From: Mobula hypostoma
Lineage: Eukaryota
Direction of reading: 5' to 3'
DNA: 64,000 bases
Assembly (NCBI RefSeq): GCF_963921235.1
Contig: NC_086100.1
Location: forward strand, 203,858,001-203,922,000
Shown here: in pieces, positions 27,111-40,086 of the stretch
Layout of the letters: every line of letters begins with the position of its first letter
Numbering within the stretch: the first letter of the stretch is position 1
Position numbers and translations under genes: made by a program
Notes under the pieces: generated by a model
Databases searched by the model: none
Told to the model about the DNA's origin: nothing
The model's input: only the letters and a program-made list of their open reading frames with translations

Positions 27111-28551
27111 TTGAGATAAGGGGATGGGCTAGAATGAAAAACATCAGCCTGAGAGCAAATTTTATCCAGAGTGAAAATCCTGATCCCGAGCGCCAAAGCA
27201 ATGTCCGGGTGAAGCTTCTCCGCGCAAATCCTGGTATAATCATGTTCTCGCCATAATATGTGCACGAGTACTCGGTGCTATTCGAGTGCATCAGGTGGTA
27301 AAACAGATTACCAATAGACCAAAAGAACACATTCAAGGAATAAAATTGTCTCGAAGATCAACTCTCCCCCTTCCCCCCGCGACACCGAGGCTTGAAGCCC
27401 AGTCCTCACACATACAAGTCAACAAGCGCATAAAGAATATCAGTAAAATACAACGACGCGCAATATGCATGTTTATAGTCCAGACCGACCACCCACATAG
27501 AACCCAGAACATAGAACACAGAATAGTACAGCACAGTACAGGCCCTTCGGCTCCCTTAATCTCTGAACACCCACGGAGATCCCCAACGACCATCCAGGCG
27601 CACGGCTTCCGCTAGGCAATGCCGGGGCTTACAGGCCCAGTCCACACATATACAGTCAAATACATAATTGTCATTTTTTTCTGTCTCTATTTAGTTAGGT
27701 ATTATTAATGTATTAATTTTCTTATTCTGTTTGTTGCTGGCTTTTCGTTCATTGATAATGCTGTATTGATCAGATCTACTTTGAAGTTCAGCAAGTACAT
27801 GAAGCCCAGAGCAGTACATGGTGATATATATATATATGTATGTATGTGTACATTGATAATGACATTACTTTGGACTTTGAACATGCTCTCTGAGTTCCTA
27901 TTCCCCACTATTTATTGTTTACATCAGTCTTTTGTCGGATTCTTGAATGCTGGAACAATACAATCCGCCGTCCTCACCCGTTTTCCACTGGTTGTGAGTC
28001 TATTCCACACAAAAATTGTTATCTGTTGACTGCCCTCGGAAGCGGCCGAGTCAGGTAGTCGGATGGATCAGAAAGGAGAACAAGAATGAAACATGTCCGG
28101 ACACCCGCCCTGCTACCTTGCAGACTTTCTATATCGATCAGTACCAGGGCGCCGGGCCAATGCCCTGGAGTTCCGTAATTGTGAGCCCAGTGGGAGTTCC
28201 CTCAGCACACGTAGATCAGAGCCTCAGGAAGGAATCCCGGCTCTGCTTTCTCCAGGACAGCAGAAAAACGGCAGGCAGCATTGTGCTGCTGCTGAGGACA
28301 ACATGGGGATCTTGGGGTTTGAGGTCACACTGTGAATGAAACCTGTGCTGCTATAATTGAGTTATTCTACGTCAAAATGTCTGCATGGATTTCAGGGTGA
28401 AAGGTCACTGAGCAAAATACGAACTCCGCTTCTCCCTTCTCAGATGCTGACGTACCTGCTGAGTATATCGAGCAATTTAAGCTTGGTCCAGGAGCAAATC
28501 TGTTTCTCAGTCTCTGGATCCCTTCAGTCCCTTTCGCATGTGGAGAACATG

Positions 28552-28633
28552 GTAATCGTGGCCGAGTGGTTAAAGTGATGAACTGGAAATCCATTAGATT
28601 GTCTCTGTGCACTTTCAGATCCTGTCCACTGCA
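28552..28633 (+). pseudogene. tRNA-Ser-derived pseudogene (anticodon now GGA)
   Basis: GTAATCGTGGCCGAGTGGTTAAAGTGATGAACTGGAAATCCATT.. matches the vertebrate tRNA-Ser body; T-arm/B box destroyed. Confidence 0.75.
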
Positions 28634-28779
28634 GTGAATGTTGGAACCGTCTCGAAAGGCCGAATCGCCAACTCCGACTTCAGTTTTCTATCTTTCAACG
28701 TCGAGTCTTTGCGATTTGCTACTAAGACGAGGTTATGAAGTACTTGGTGACACAGAAGAAAGTCTGGGCAAAGTAAGTA

Positions 28780-29290
28780 TGGTTTCCTGAAGGGAAAGTA
28801 TTGTGAACAGTCTTGGGCTCTTCATCTTAGAAAAGATGTGCTGGCATTGGAGAGGATGGAGAGGAGGTTTGCAAGGATGGCTCCGGAAATGAAAGGGTTA
28901 TCGTATGAGGAACTTTTCTGGGTCTGTACACACTGGAATTTGGAAGAAGGAGGAGGGATATCATTGAAACCTTTCGAAAGTTGAAAGGCTTAGGCACAGT
29001 AGATGTGGAAAAGGTATTTCCTGCGGTGGGTCATAGTCTCGGGTAGATGGGCGTCCATTTAAAACAGAGATGCTGACGCAGGTTAATTTGTGGAATGTAT
29101 CACCACAGACATCTGCGGAGGGCAGTAATATTTAATGCAGAGCTTGATATGTTCTTGGTTGGACACGGCATCATAGGGAATGGGAGAAGTCTGGGAACTG
29201 GGGCTGAGGAGGGGAAAATGGATCAGCCATGATCAAACGGCGGAGCAGACTCGATGGGGCACGTAGCCGATTTCTCCTTCTGTGATATTC
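28780..29290 (+). mobile_element. Degenerate CR1 3' fragment
   Basis: LRKDVLALERMERRF, LEFGRRR.DIIETF remnants and CR1 3' UTR. Confidence 0.7.
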
Positions 29291-29328
29291 TCGGGTCAGA
29301 TGGAAGATTTCATCATTAGTTTGACATT

Positions 29329-29400
29329 GGGGATATAGCTCACTGGGGGAGCGCATGCTTTGCATGTATGAAGTCCCGGGTGCAATCCCCGGCATTTACA
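29329..29400 (+). pseudogene. tRNA-Ala(TGC) pseudogene
   Basis: GGGGATATAGCTCACTGGGGGAGCGCATGCTTTGCATGTATGAAGTCCCGGGTGCAATCCCCGGCATTTACA; anticodon arm intact; T-loop GTGCAA and acceptor-stem mismatches. Confidence 0.85.
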
Positions 29401-29539
29401 CTGAACTTTGATAAATGGGCCGAAAGCCGAAAAAGAAATTACTCTACGCTTAACTTTCATTTCCGTCATTGAAATACGGTATAAGCCCGTAACATATGAG
29501 CACAACATTCATTGCACAGCAGTTCCAATGACTCTGTGT

Positions 29540-29611
29540 TGCAGAAAGGCGCAGAGGAACCGTGATAGGCTCATAACCCCGAGGTCGATGGCTCGAAACG
29601 ATCTTCTGCTA
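29540..29611 (+). pseudogene. Initiator tRNA-Met(CAT) pseudogene
   Basis: TGCAGAAAGGCGCAGAGGAACCGTGATAGGCTCATAACCCCGAGGTCGATGGCTCGAAACGATCTTCTGCTA aligns colinearly to eukaryotic tRNA-iMet with many substitutions. Confidence 0.85.
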
Positions 29612-30296
29612 AATTTATCACTTATCAGTGCGTTTTAAAAACGCGACCTTTCACATTATGCAGAGATACAAGGAAATCCACCAGCCTTCAGTTGAATAAG
29701 GGAAGGAGAAATGACAAGAGTGTTTACATTACATGTGTGTAACGGTCGAAGATGGGCATTTCTGGTTTATCCACTGCCTTTGATTCCGGTGTGTACAATA
29801 TGGTTTCGTAGGCACACACTCATCCAAACAGGTTTTAATGAAGTCAGTGACAACTGTGGCGTACCCGCTGAGACTCGAAGATGAATCCTGAATTCAGTTC
29901 TGTCCACAGATTCAAAGCTGTCCTGCAAACGCCCCTGCACCTCCCTTTTTAATCCTCAGTACTGACACTGCGGACGTCAGTGCCTGCCTATATCTAGGGA
30001 GTAGAAATAGAGCCAGACTTTCCAGTGTGGGCAAAGTGGAAAATCTACGAAATATTCCCTTGCATCAGTTAAATCCTGTTGATGAATGCTTTTCCCCCTC
30101 AGCACACGATCAGGCCGGATTAGGAGTTTACACAATGAACGGCTTAATTGGAGCGATTCCGAGGCCTCTCCTGTCGCACACGAAGAAGTGTATGTGTTAA
30201 AAGCGCCGGTGCCACAGTCAACGAACAAACATCGTTGGCTCTTCGAAGTATCGTGTGCTCGGACATCCCAGTGTCAGATCGCTCTTTCGCATTGGA

Positions 30297-30368
30297 TTTT
30301 CGTTAGTTCAGTGGTTAGTATCCCCGTCTGTCACGGGGAGAACGTGGGTTAATTTCCTCGACAGAAAA
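30297..30368 (+). pseudogene. tRNA-Asp(GTC) pseudogene
   Basis: TTTTCGTTAGTTCAGTGGTTAGTATCCCCGTCTGTCACGGGGAG..; anticodon GTC; degraded T-arm. Confidence 0.8.
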
Positions 30369-31241
30369 ATGTTTTTGCTACTTCCGTATTAAATGTAATT
30401 GCAACTCGAATTTTCGAAGTAAATTGAAAAGGTTTAAAGGGGTTAAATCCGAGTTAGGGTTAGAAGTTATCGGTTCTTTGGGGATGTGGAACAGTCGATC
30501 TGCAGTGACCCCGTAAAGGAAGAATCTGCGGAGAGGAAGGGACTTTCTGTTTAGCTTTGTGAATCTCCCCTCAGCAGCTCTGTATCTCAGAGTTATTCGG
30601 CGTAACACGCGGTGATAGAGAACAATGTTTCAAGAAATATTTGCTTCATCTGCCCCTGCAACATTTTAAATGTTAAACAAAGCTGTTGTTGCGCTCGAAT
30701 TGAGGTTGACAGTTCAATGAGTCAGAAAGGGGAGGGCGAGTCATATCGTTGTCTTCACCCAGCTCAGGCCACCCTGCAAAGGCTCCGAGAGACGCCTTCC
30801 GTCTAACTGCGAGCTCGGAGCTGTGAAAGGCCATCGAGCTGAAACGTAAACTCTGTTTCTCCCTCCACAGACGCTGCCTAATCTGCGGAGTATTTCCGGC
30901 AGTTTCAGGTTTTAGTTCAGGAACGGTCCTGTTTCTCTGACCCCGGGATCGGTGCTGTCCTCAACCGTCCCGGGACACAGTGATGACGTCCCATGTAAAA
31001 TATCCTTCCATCAGGAGTGGGTACTCGTGGTCGATTTTTTTTTTTGGCGATGCACTGGCAATCTATTGGAATTTTCGCTTCTAATTCTGACAAGTATGTG
31101 GTTCCAACGTTTTCTGTTTTGTGTCGTTCGTTACCCTCTGCTGCAAACCAGTTATGCCGATTGTGAAAAGCCGCGACATACTATCGATTACCAGTCCCCA
31201 TCTTCCAAAGTTGGAATGGACCATTTAGATTTTGCCTGCTT

Positions 31242-31315
31242 GTCTCTGTGGCGCAATCGCTGAGCGCGTTCGGCTGTTAACCGAAATGTTGGTGGTTCGA
31301 GCCCACCCAGGGACG
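31242..31315 (+). tRNA. tRNA-Asn(GTT), nearly intact
   Basis: GTCTCTGTGGCGCAATCGCTGAGCGCGTTCGGCTGTTAACCGAAATGTTGGTGGTTCGAGCCCACCCAGGGACG; all stems and B box intact; D-loop GG changed to GC; T4 run about 17 nt downstream. Confidence 0.85.
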
Positions 31316-31433
31316 CTGGTGATCCAGCAGCTTTTGCGGTGCGTTACGTTGCCAGTTGGGAAACGGTGTGATGTCGGGACACCGGCGTTCCCTGCTACTG
31401 GCGCATCACCTTCATTGGAATTAAAATTGCTTT

Positions 31434-32321
31434 TGTCACGTACCGTGTGTTACGGCATCAGCAACAATGAATATAGAATTGAGTCAAGTTTTATAAACAA
31501 ACATAAACATTTATAAAACGCTGTTCAACAATGGCGAAAGGTATTCAAACGACTAACTTAACCGGAAGTTAACTACTATACGGCAACTCTGGAACAGTTC
31601 TTAAAAGGGTAAATTCGAAAACAATTCTTAAAGTGCTAAATTCGAACACAGTCTTAAAATGGGAAATTCGAAAGTCCAAGTGACTTACACAGTCAATAAG
31701 GAGCGACTTCTCTGGAGAGGGATTTCTTAGAAGACGTGTCGTTACTGCTGATTCTCCAAAGGCTTCATGACGAAGGAAATAAAACGGAACTGACATTTCC
31801 CTTGCGAGTGAACAATGCACAAACTTCCCTGCTCATGCAGGAGGTATCTCAGATACAGCTCACCATTTCAGAACGAATATTCAATAAGGTCGATCCTTTA
31901 TTAAACCGCCGAACGACTCCAAATTTATTCGATCCTTCCGGTTCTCGTACTTTAGTAAAGTCCTCACTCTCCAATGCTACTGTAAAGGAAAAATCCTAGG
32001 TGCAACACCCAAAAGTGGCAGCGATTGGCGAAACTGCCAGCAGCAATCTTTGCACCTTAAAATAGAAAGTAAAACTCCATTTTAAAACTAAACTGCGTCA
32101 TGAGACGAATACGCAGCATAACCGAGTACCTGACGAACTAAACTGAAACTGCGTCACAACAGGGTTCCCCTTTATATATCTGTTGAGAACATGTCATCAC
32201 GTGATACCGGCGGGAAAATGACATCATCCCACCATCACAAGACCATTACGTCATGCTCACAAGATACTCAATTACATCATGGTCATAAGACAGTCACAAG
32301 ATGCCCACGGAGTATGTGACA
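31434..32321. mobile_element. Solo-LTR-like element (~890 bp)
   Basis: Starts TGTCACGTACCGTG and ends CACGGAGTATGTGACA (TG..CA with short inverted termini); internal short direct repeats; TATATAAA on minus strand near 32171; no TSD seen. Confidence 0.55.
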
Positions 32322-32749
32322 CGAGATAGAGTGTAAAGCTTCTCTTTCACACGGTGTATTGAGAGAGCACAATTTAAAGCAATAACAGAATGCGGAATAA
32401 ACTGTAACAGCATGAGGGAAGGCACAGTGCGGGTAAATAATTAGGTGCAGCATCGTAACGGGGCAGATTGCGAGGTCAGGGGTCCATTTTATTCTACTCG
32501 CGCACCATTGAAAAGACATAACAGGGGAGTTGAATTTATCCATGAGCTGTAGTATGTGCTGTCCTATACATTCAGCAGGATAGAGGAATTAAAAGAAAGA
32601 ACATGATATCTTTTTGTCAGGAGAATGTAAGATCCACTTCTCCTTGACCATTAAACGTACGTTTCCTTGGGATACATCCTTGGAACTAACGGAATTGCCG
32701 GGTCTAATGTTATGGTTTTGATTTAGTTTAATTTTGAGTCCTCGATCAT

Positions 32750-34430
32750 TCAGTTGCAGTCTAATTGGTTTCATCCCACATAGGGACCCTGTCATATTAT
32801 TCTCACTATGGACGTGCACCCCCTACCAGGAAGGCCTCAAAGCTCTCCGCTTCCATCTGGATACCAGACCCAACCAGATCTTCTATACCACCATCAACTT
32901 CTATCTGGCGGAACTTGTCTCTACTTAATAATTTATCCTTCGACTCCTCCCATTTCCTTCAAACAAAAGGTGTAGTCATAGGCACTGACATGAGTCCCAG
33001 CTATGCCTGTCTGTTTGTCGGCTATGTGGAACAATCTATCTTCTAGCCTACATCAGCATCGCTCCCTAACTTTTCCTACGCTACATAACCGACAACATTT
33101 CTGCTGTTTTCTGCACCCATGCGGAGCTCATCCACTTCATCAGCTTTGCCACCAACTTCCACCCAGCCCGAAAATGTATCTGCCCATATAGAATACCTCC
33201 CACCCATTTCTCGATCTCTCGGTCTCTGTCTCTGAAGACAGCTTGTCTACTGATATCTATTTTGAACACAGAGACTCTGACTGCTACCTGGACTGAACCT
33301 CTCCTCATCCCATTACTTGTAAAAATGTCATCCCTTCTCTCAACTTCTCCGTCCCCGCCGCATCTGCTCTCAGGGTGAGGCGTTTCGTTAAAGAACAAAG
33401 GAGATATTGTATTTTTTTTCAAAGAAAGGGCTTCCCTTCCTCCACCATCAAAGCTGCCCTCAATAGAATCTCTTCCATTTTGAGTACGTATGCCTCCACT
33501 CCATCCTCGCTCCCTCCACCAGGCAGAAGCTTTCTCTTGTCCTCATCTACCTCCCCCCAGCCTCCGACTCCAGCACAGGATTCTCTGTAATTTGCCATAT
33601 CCGGCGGGATCCCACCACCAGACACACCTTTCCCTCCCCCCTCTACTTTCTGCGTTCTGCAGGGATCGCTCTCTACATGAATCCTGTATGTGTTCGTCCC
33701 TCCCCACTGATCTGTCGCATGACACTTATCCTTGCAAGTGAAACAAGTGCTACACCTGCCCCTACACATCCTCCCTCAGTACCTTTGTGGGTCCCAAGCA
33801 GTTCTTCCAGGTAAGTCGACACTTTACCTGTGAGTCTTTTGGGATCATCTACCGTTGTGGCCTGCTGCATATTGGTGGGACCTGACACAGAATGGGAGAC
33901 CGCTTCGATGAACACCTGCACTACGTCCACCAGAAAAAGCAATATCTCCCAGTGGCTGCTACTACTACGTCGACTCAGGCCTTGGGCATAAGGCATAAGG
34001 CTCTAAGTGGCTACCCATTTTAATTCAACTTCTCATTCTATTTTTGACATGGCAGACCATAGCCTCCTCTACTGTCGCGATGAGGCCACACTCAGGGTGG
34101 AAGAGCAACACATTTTCTTCGTCTGGGTAGCCTCCAACCTGATGGCATGAACATCAATTTCTTGAACTTCTGGTAATATCTCCTCCTCGCAATCAACGTT
34201 CCAGATCTTTACTTCACCCCTGCCCCCCGCCCCCCCACCCGCCCGTTTCACGTACCACCTTCTGTTTCTTCCTCCACTCCTCTCACCTTCTAACTCTGAT
34301 TTTTCTCCAGTCCTAATGAAGCTACTCTGCCCGAAACGCCGACTGTACTCTTTTCCATAGATGCTGCCTGACCTGCTGAGTGCCTCGAGCATTTTGTGTG
34401 TGTTGATTGGCTCGCTATCATCTGCGATGT
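32750..34430 (+). mobile_element. Penelope-like retroelement (RT plus GIY-YIG remnants), degenerate
   Basis: NNLSFDSSHFLQTKGVVIGTDMSPSYACLFVGYVEQ; HFTCES.GIIY; EEQHIFFRLGSLQPDGMNI; decayed hammerhead motif near 34308-34345. Confidence 0.85.
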
Positions 34431-35007
34431 TCTCTTTGTCCCTCTCTCCATATCGCTCCACACATACATATCGATATACCTATGTAGGAACATCGTATTT
34501 ACCACCATCGCTCCATGATGTTGTAAGAGATTCGAGTAGTTAAGCGTTTCCCATGCTTCCATGTGACTCGACCAGTCAAGGAGATGCTTTCTTTCGGATC
34601 ATTCCTCACTATGCTGCAGGTCCTATTCCGGTAAATTTATGTCGCCATCTTCCAACAAGTCGGAGCTATACAACACACGGTGAGTATAGTCCAGGAATCA
34701 GATTGAGTTAGAGCAGACCCCGAGCGAGTCGAAGAGCTACTGATGGGGTCCTGCCTCGCGCATCAAACAAATTCTGCTTAAAATTGTCCTTTCAAACCCC
34801 ACACTGATGGGATCCCTTCCTTTGCTCAATCATTGAACACAGTAAGGGACTGAATCGCTAAAGGATCCCGAGACCCCTCCAGTCAAACAGTAGGAAGGGG
34901 TTGAATAAAAAGCGCCCGATCCACACTCAACAAACAAACGTCAGCTTGACTCTGTGAGCTCTCCTGTACCCTGAAATCAGTGTGACAGATTCCATATCTT
35001 TGCATAT

Positions 35008-35079
35008 TCTTCGTTAGTTTAGTGGTTAGTATCCCCGCCCGCCACGTGGGAGACCGGGCTTCAGTTCCTCGATGGGGAG
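35008..35079 (+). pseudogene. tRNA-Asp-body pseudogene with anticodon changed to GCC
   Basis: TCTTCGTTAGTTTAGTGGTTAGTATCCCCGCCCGCCACGTGGGAGACCGGGCTTCAGTTCCTCGATGGGGAG; Asp backbone, loop CC-GCC-AC (U33 lost), B box mutated. Confidence 0.8.
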
Positions 35080-35975
35080 ACCGTTTCCTGCTTCAAATGT
35101 AAAATGACTAAAAAAAACGATATTGAAGTGATCAGTTCTTGGTCATTGAGACTATGGATCAAGTCTGCAATGTGCTCAGAACGTGAGAGTTTCCCAAGAG
35201 AAAGAGACGTTCGGTTCAAACTATTTCCCGAGACCTTCCCTCAGCGAGTCTGTATCTAAGCGCCCTTCGGAGCTACACTCCGTCACTCCGAATATATTAA
35301 ACCGCGGCTGTTCCTTTAAGATATCAACTCCCGCACGTTCAATGCAATCGTGCCGTCTCCCTTAGTACGTCTGCGTGACTGTGTGCAGAAGACAGGCAAA
35401 GAGACACCTGAAGCACTTTGCAGAGAGCGATCCAAGTGGACATATGTTTAACTCCGGATTTGAAGCCACCCCGTCCTCCTGCAGTCAGTCCCCAGAACCT
35501 CCGCTCAGACCCTCATAAAGTTAATTGGGGGAAGGTCCGGCTGAGGTTCGCACTGTATCGACAGTCGAACGCATGCCTGAAAGGCCCCGCCCTTAGGCCT
35601 GATTGACAGTGTCCAGCTGAAGACATGCGCTGTCCCATTCCCTCACCCAGCTGCAGCAGCGACCTTAAAGCAGCCGAGAATGGAAAGGCTCCTGGCCCAA
35701 AGCGGTAAATTGAGGTGGTGGAGCGGAGAAATCCAGGGGAAACCTCTGCCCGGCCGTCGGAACTGGGTCCTAGAAGGCGACTGGTCACGGTTGTGGTTTG
35801 GACGCATAATGGGGGGTGGGGTAGCACAGGAGACACCTGCAGAGTGTTGGGGTGACAGTAACAGTGGCTGGCTGGCGGTTTGCAACATCTAAGGTGTGAC
35901 TGAGGGGTGCCGATGATGTGAAATTCATATGGGGCAGATGGGGAGTTAAGTATGGAATCGATTTGGCGGGAAATA

Positions 35976-38900
35976 CAGTGACATGCAAAAGTTTGGGCAC
36001 TCCTGGTCAAAATTTCTCTGACTATGAGTAGTTTAATGATTAGAAGATGAACTGAACTCCAAAAGTCATGAAGTTAAAAATGAAACGTACCTTTCAACAT
36101 TTTAAGCAAGATTTTTTTAATTATTTTTGTTTCGTACAATTTTAGAGTGAATAAAATGAAAGGAGCACCATGCAAAAGTTTGGGCACCACTAGAGATTTG
36201 AGCTCTCAAATAACTTTTACCAAGGTCTCAGAACTTAATTAGCTTGTTAGAAACATAGAAACATAGAAAATAGGTGCAGGAGTAGGCCATTCGGCCCTTC
36301 GATCCTGCACCGCCATTTATTATGATCATGGCTGATCATCCAACTCAGAACCCTGTACCAGCCTTCCCTCCGTACCCCCTGACCCCCATAGCCACAAGGG
36401 CCATATCTAACTCCCTCTTAAATATAGCCAATGAACTGGCCTCAACTGTTTCCTGTGGCAGAGAATTCCACAGATTCACCACTCTCTGTGTGAAGAAGTC
36501 TTTCCTAATCTCGGTCCTAAAAGGCTTCCCCTCTATCCTCAAACTGTGGCCCCTCGTTCTGGACTTCCCCAACATCGGGAACGATCTTCCTGCATCTAGC
36601 CTGTCCAATCCCTTTAGGATCTTATATGTTTCAATCAGATCCCCCCTCAATCTTCTAAATTCCAACGAGTACAAGCCCAGTTCATCCAGTCTTTCTTCAT
36701 ATGAAAGTCCTGCCATCCCAGGAATCAATCTGGTGAACCTTCTTTGTACTCCCTCTATGGCAAAGATGTCTTTCCTCAGATTAGGGGACCAAAACTGCAC
36801 ACAATACTCCAGGTGTGGTCTCACCAAGGCCTTGTACAACTGCAGTAGTACCTCCCTGCTCCTGTACTCGAATCCTCTCGCTATAAATGCCAGCATACCA
36901 TTCGCCTTTTTCACCGCCTGCTGTACCTGCATGCCCACTTTCAATGACTGGTGTATAATGACACCCAGGTCTCGTTGCACCTCCCCTTTTCCTAATCGGC
37001 CACCATTCAGATAATAATCTGTTTTCCTATTTTTGCCACCAAAGTGGATAACTTCACATTTATCCACATTAAATTGCATCTGCCATGAATTTGCCCACTC
37101 ACCCAACCTATCCAAGTCACACTGCATCCTCTTAGCATCCGTCTCACAGCTAACACTGCCACCCAGCTTCGTGTCATCCGCAAACTTGGAGATGCTGCAT
37201 TTAATTCCCTCATCCAAGTCATTAATATATATTGTAAACAACTGGGGTCCCAGCACTGAGCCTTGCGGTACCCCACTAGTCACCGCCTGCCATTCTGAAA
37301 AGGTCCCATTTATTCCCACTCTTTGCTTCCTGTCTGCTAACCAATTCTCCACCCACACCAATACCTTACCCCCAATACCGTGTGCTTTAAGTTTGCACAC
37401 TAATCTCCTGTGTGGGACCTTGTCAAAAGCCTTTTGAAAATCCAAATATACAACATCCACTGGTTCTCCCCTATCCACTCTATTGGTTACATCCTCAAAA
37501 AATTCTATGAGATTCGTCAGACATGATTTTCCTTTCACAAATCCATGCTGACTTTGTCCGATCATTTCACCGCTTTCCAAATGTGCTGTTATCACATCCT
37601 TGAGAACTGACTTCAGCAGTTTCCCCACCACCGACGTTAGGCTAACCGGTCTATAATTCCCCGGTTTCTCTCTCCCTCCTTTTTTAAAAAGTGGAGTTAC
37701 ATTAGCCACCCTCCAATCCTCAGGAACTAGTCCAGAATCTAACGAGTTTTGAAAAATTATCACTAATGCATCCACTATTTCTTGGGCTACTTCCTTAAGC
37801 ACTCTAGGATGCAGACCATCTGGCCCTGGGGATTTATCTGCCTTCAATCCCTTCAATTTACCTAACACCACTTCCCTACTAACATGTATTTCGTTCAGTT
37901 CCTCCATCTCACTGGACCATCTGTCCCCTACTATTTCTGGAATATAATTTATGTCCTCCTTAGTGAAGACAGAACCAAAGTAATTATTCAATTGGTGTGC
38001 CATGTCCTTGCTCCCCATAATCAATTCACCTGTTTCTGTCTGCAAGGAACCTACATTTGTCTTTACCAGTTTTTTCCTTTTTACATATCTATAAAAGCTT
38101 TTACAGTCCGTTTTTATGTTCCATGCCAGTTTTCTCTCATAATCTTTTTTCCCTTTCCTAATTAAGCCCTTTGTCCTCCTCTGCTGAACTCTGAATTTCT
38201 CCCAGTCCTCAGGTGAGCCACTTTCTCTGGCTAATTTGTATGCTTCTTCTTTGGAATTGATACTATCCCTAATTTCTCTTGTCAGCCACAGGTGCACTAC
38301 CTTCCTTGATTTATTCTTTTGCCAAACTGGGATGAACAATTGTTGTAGTTCATCCATGCAACCTTTAAATGCTTGCCATTGCATATCCACCGTCAATCCT
38401 TTAAGTGTCATTTGCTAGTCTATCTTAGCTAATTCCCGTCTCATATCTTCAAAGTTACCCCTCTTTAAGTTCAGAACCTTTGTTTCTGAATTAACTATGT
38501 CACTCTCCATCCTAATGAAGAATTCCACCATATTATGGTCACTCTTACCCAAGGGGCCTCTCACGACAAGATCGCTAATTAACCCTTCCTCATTGCTCAA
38601 AACCCAGTCCAGAATAGCCTGTTCTCTAGTTGGTTCCTCGACATGTTGGTTCAAAAAACCATCCCGCATGCGTTCCAAGAAATCCTCTTCCTCAGCACCT
38701 TTACCAATTTGGTTCACCCAATCTACATGTAGATTGAAGTCACCCATTATAACTGCTGTTCCTTTATTGCACACATTTCTAATTTCCTGTTTAATACCAT
38801 CTCCGACCTCACTACTACTGTTAGGTGGCCTGTACACAACTCCCACCAGCGTCTTCTGCCCCTTAGTGTTACGCAGCTCTACCCATATCGATTCCACATC

Positions 38901-40086
38901 TTCCTGGCTTATGTCCTTCCTTTCTCTTGCGTTAATCTCTTCTTTAACCAGCAACGCCACCCCACCTGCCCTTCCTTCATGTCTGTCCCTCCTGAATATT
39001 GAATATCCCTGAACGTTGAGTTCCCATCCCTGGTCACCCTGGAGCCATGTCTCTGTGATCTCAACTATATCATAATCATTAATAACAATCTGCACTTTCA
39101 ATTCATCCACCTTATTACGAATGCTCCTTGCATTGACACATAAAGCCTTCAGGCGCTCTTTTACAACTCTCTTAGCCCTTATACAATTATGTTGAAAAGT
39201 GGCCCTTTTTAATGCTTGCCCTGGATTTGTTGGCCTGCCACTTTTACTTTTAGAAAAATAGGTGCAGGAGTAGGCCATTCGGCCCTTCGAGCCTGCACCG
39301 CCATTTATTATGATCATGGCTGATCATCCAACTCAGAACTTAGTTCTTAGTTAGGGCTATAGCTTGTTCACAGTCATCGTTGGGAAAGGCCAGGTGATTT
39401 AATTTCAAAGCTTTATAAATACCCTGACTCCTCCAACCTTGTCCCAACAATCAGCAGCCATGGGCTCCTCTAAGCAGCTGCCTCGCCCTCTGAAAATTAA
39501 AATAAATGATACCGACAAAGCCGAAGAAGACTATAAGAAGATATCAAAGCGTTTTCATGTAGCTGTTTCCTCAGTTCGTAATGTAATTAAGAAATGGCAG
39601 TTAACAGGAACGGTGGAGGTCAAGTTGAGGTCTGGAACACCAAGAAAACGTTCCGAGAGAACTGCTCGTGGGATCGCTAGAAAGGCAAATCAAAACCCAC
39701 GTCTAACTGTAAAAGACCTTCAGGAAGATGTATCAGATTCTGGATTGGTAGGTGCACTGTTCTACTGTGCAGCAACACCTGAACAAATATGACCCTCATG
39801 GAAGAGTCGGTCAGAAAAAAACCTTTCCTGCCTCCTCACCACAAAGGTTAGCGTCAGAAGTTTGCAAAGGAACATCTAACCAAGCCTGATGCATTTTAGA
39901 TAGAACTTTTGTTGACTGGTCAAGGTAAAATACAACGCTTTGGCCGCAATGAGCAAAGGTATGTATGGAGAAAAAAGAATGAATAATTTCATGAAAAGAA
40001 CACCTCTACAACTGTTAAGCACGGGGGTGGATCGTCATGCTTTGGGCTTGTGTTGCAGCCAGTGGCATGGGGAGCATTTCACTGCT

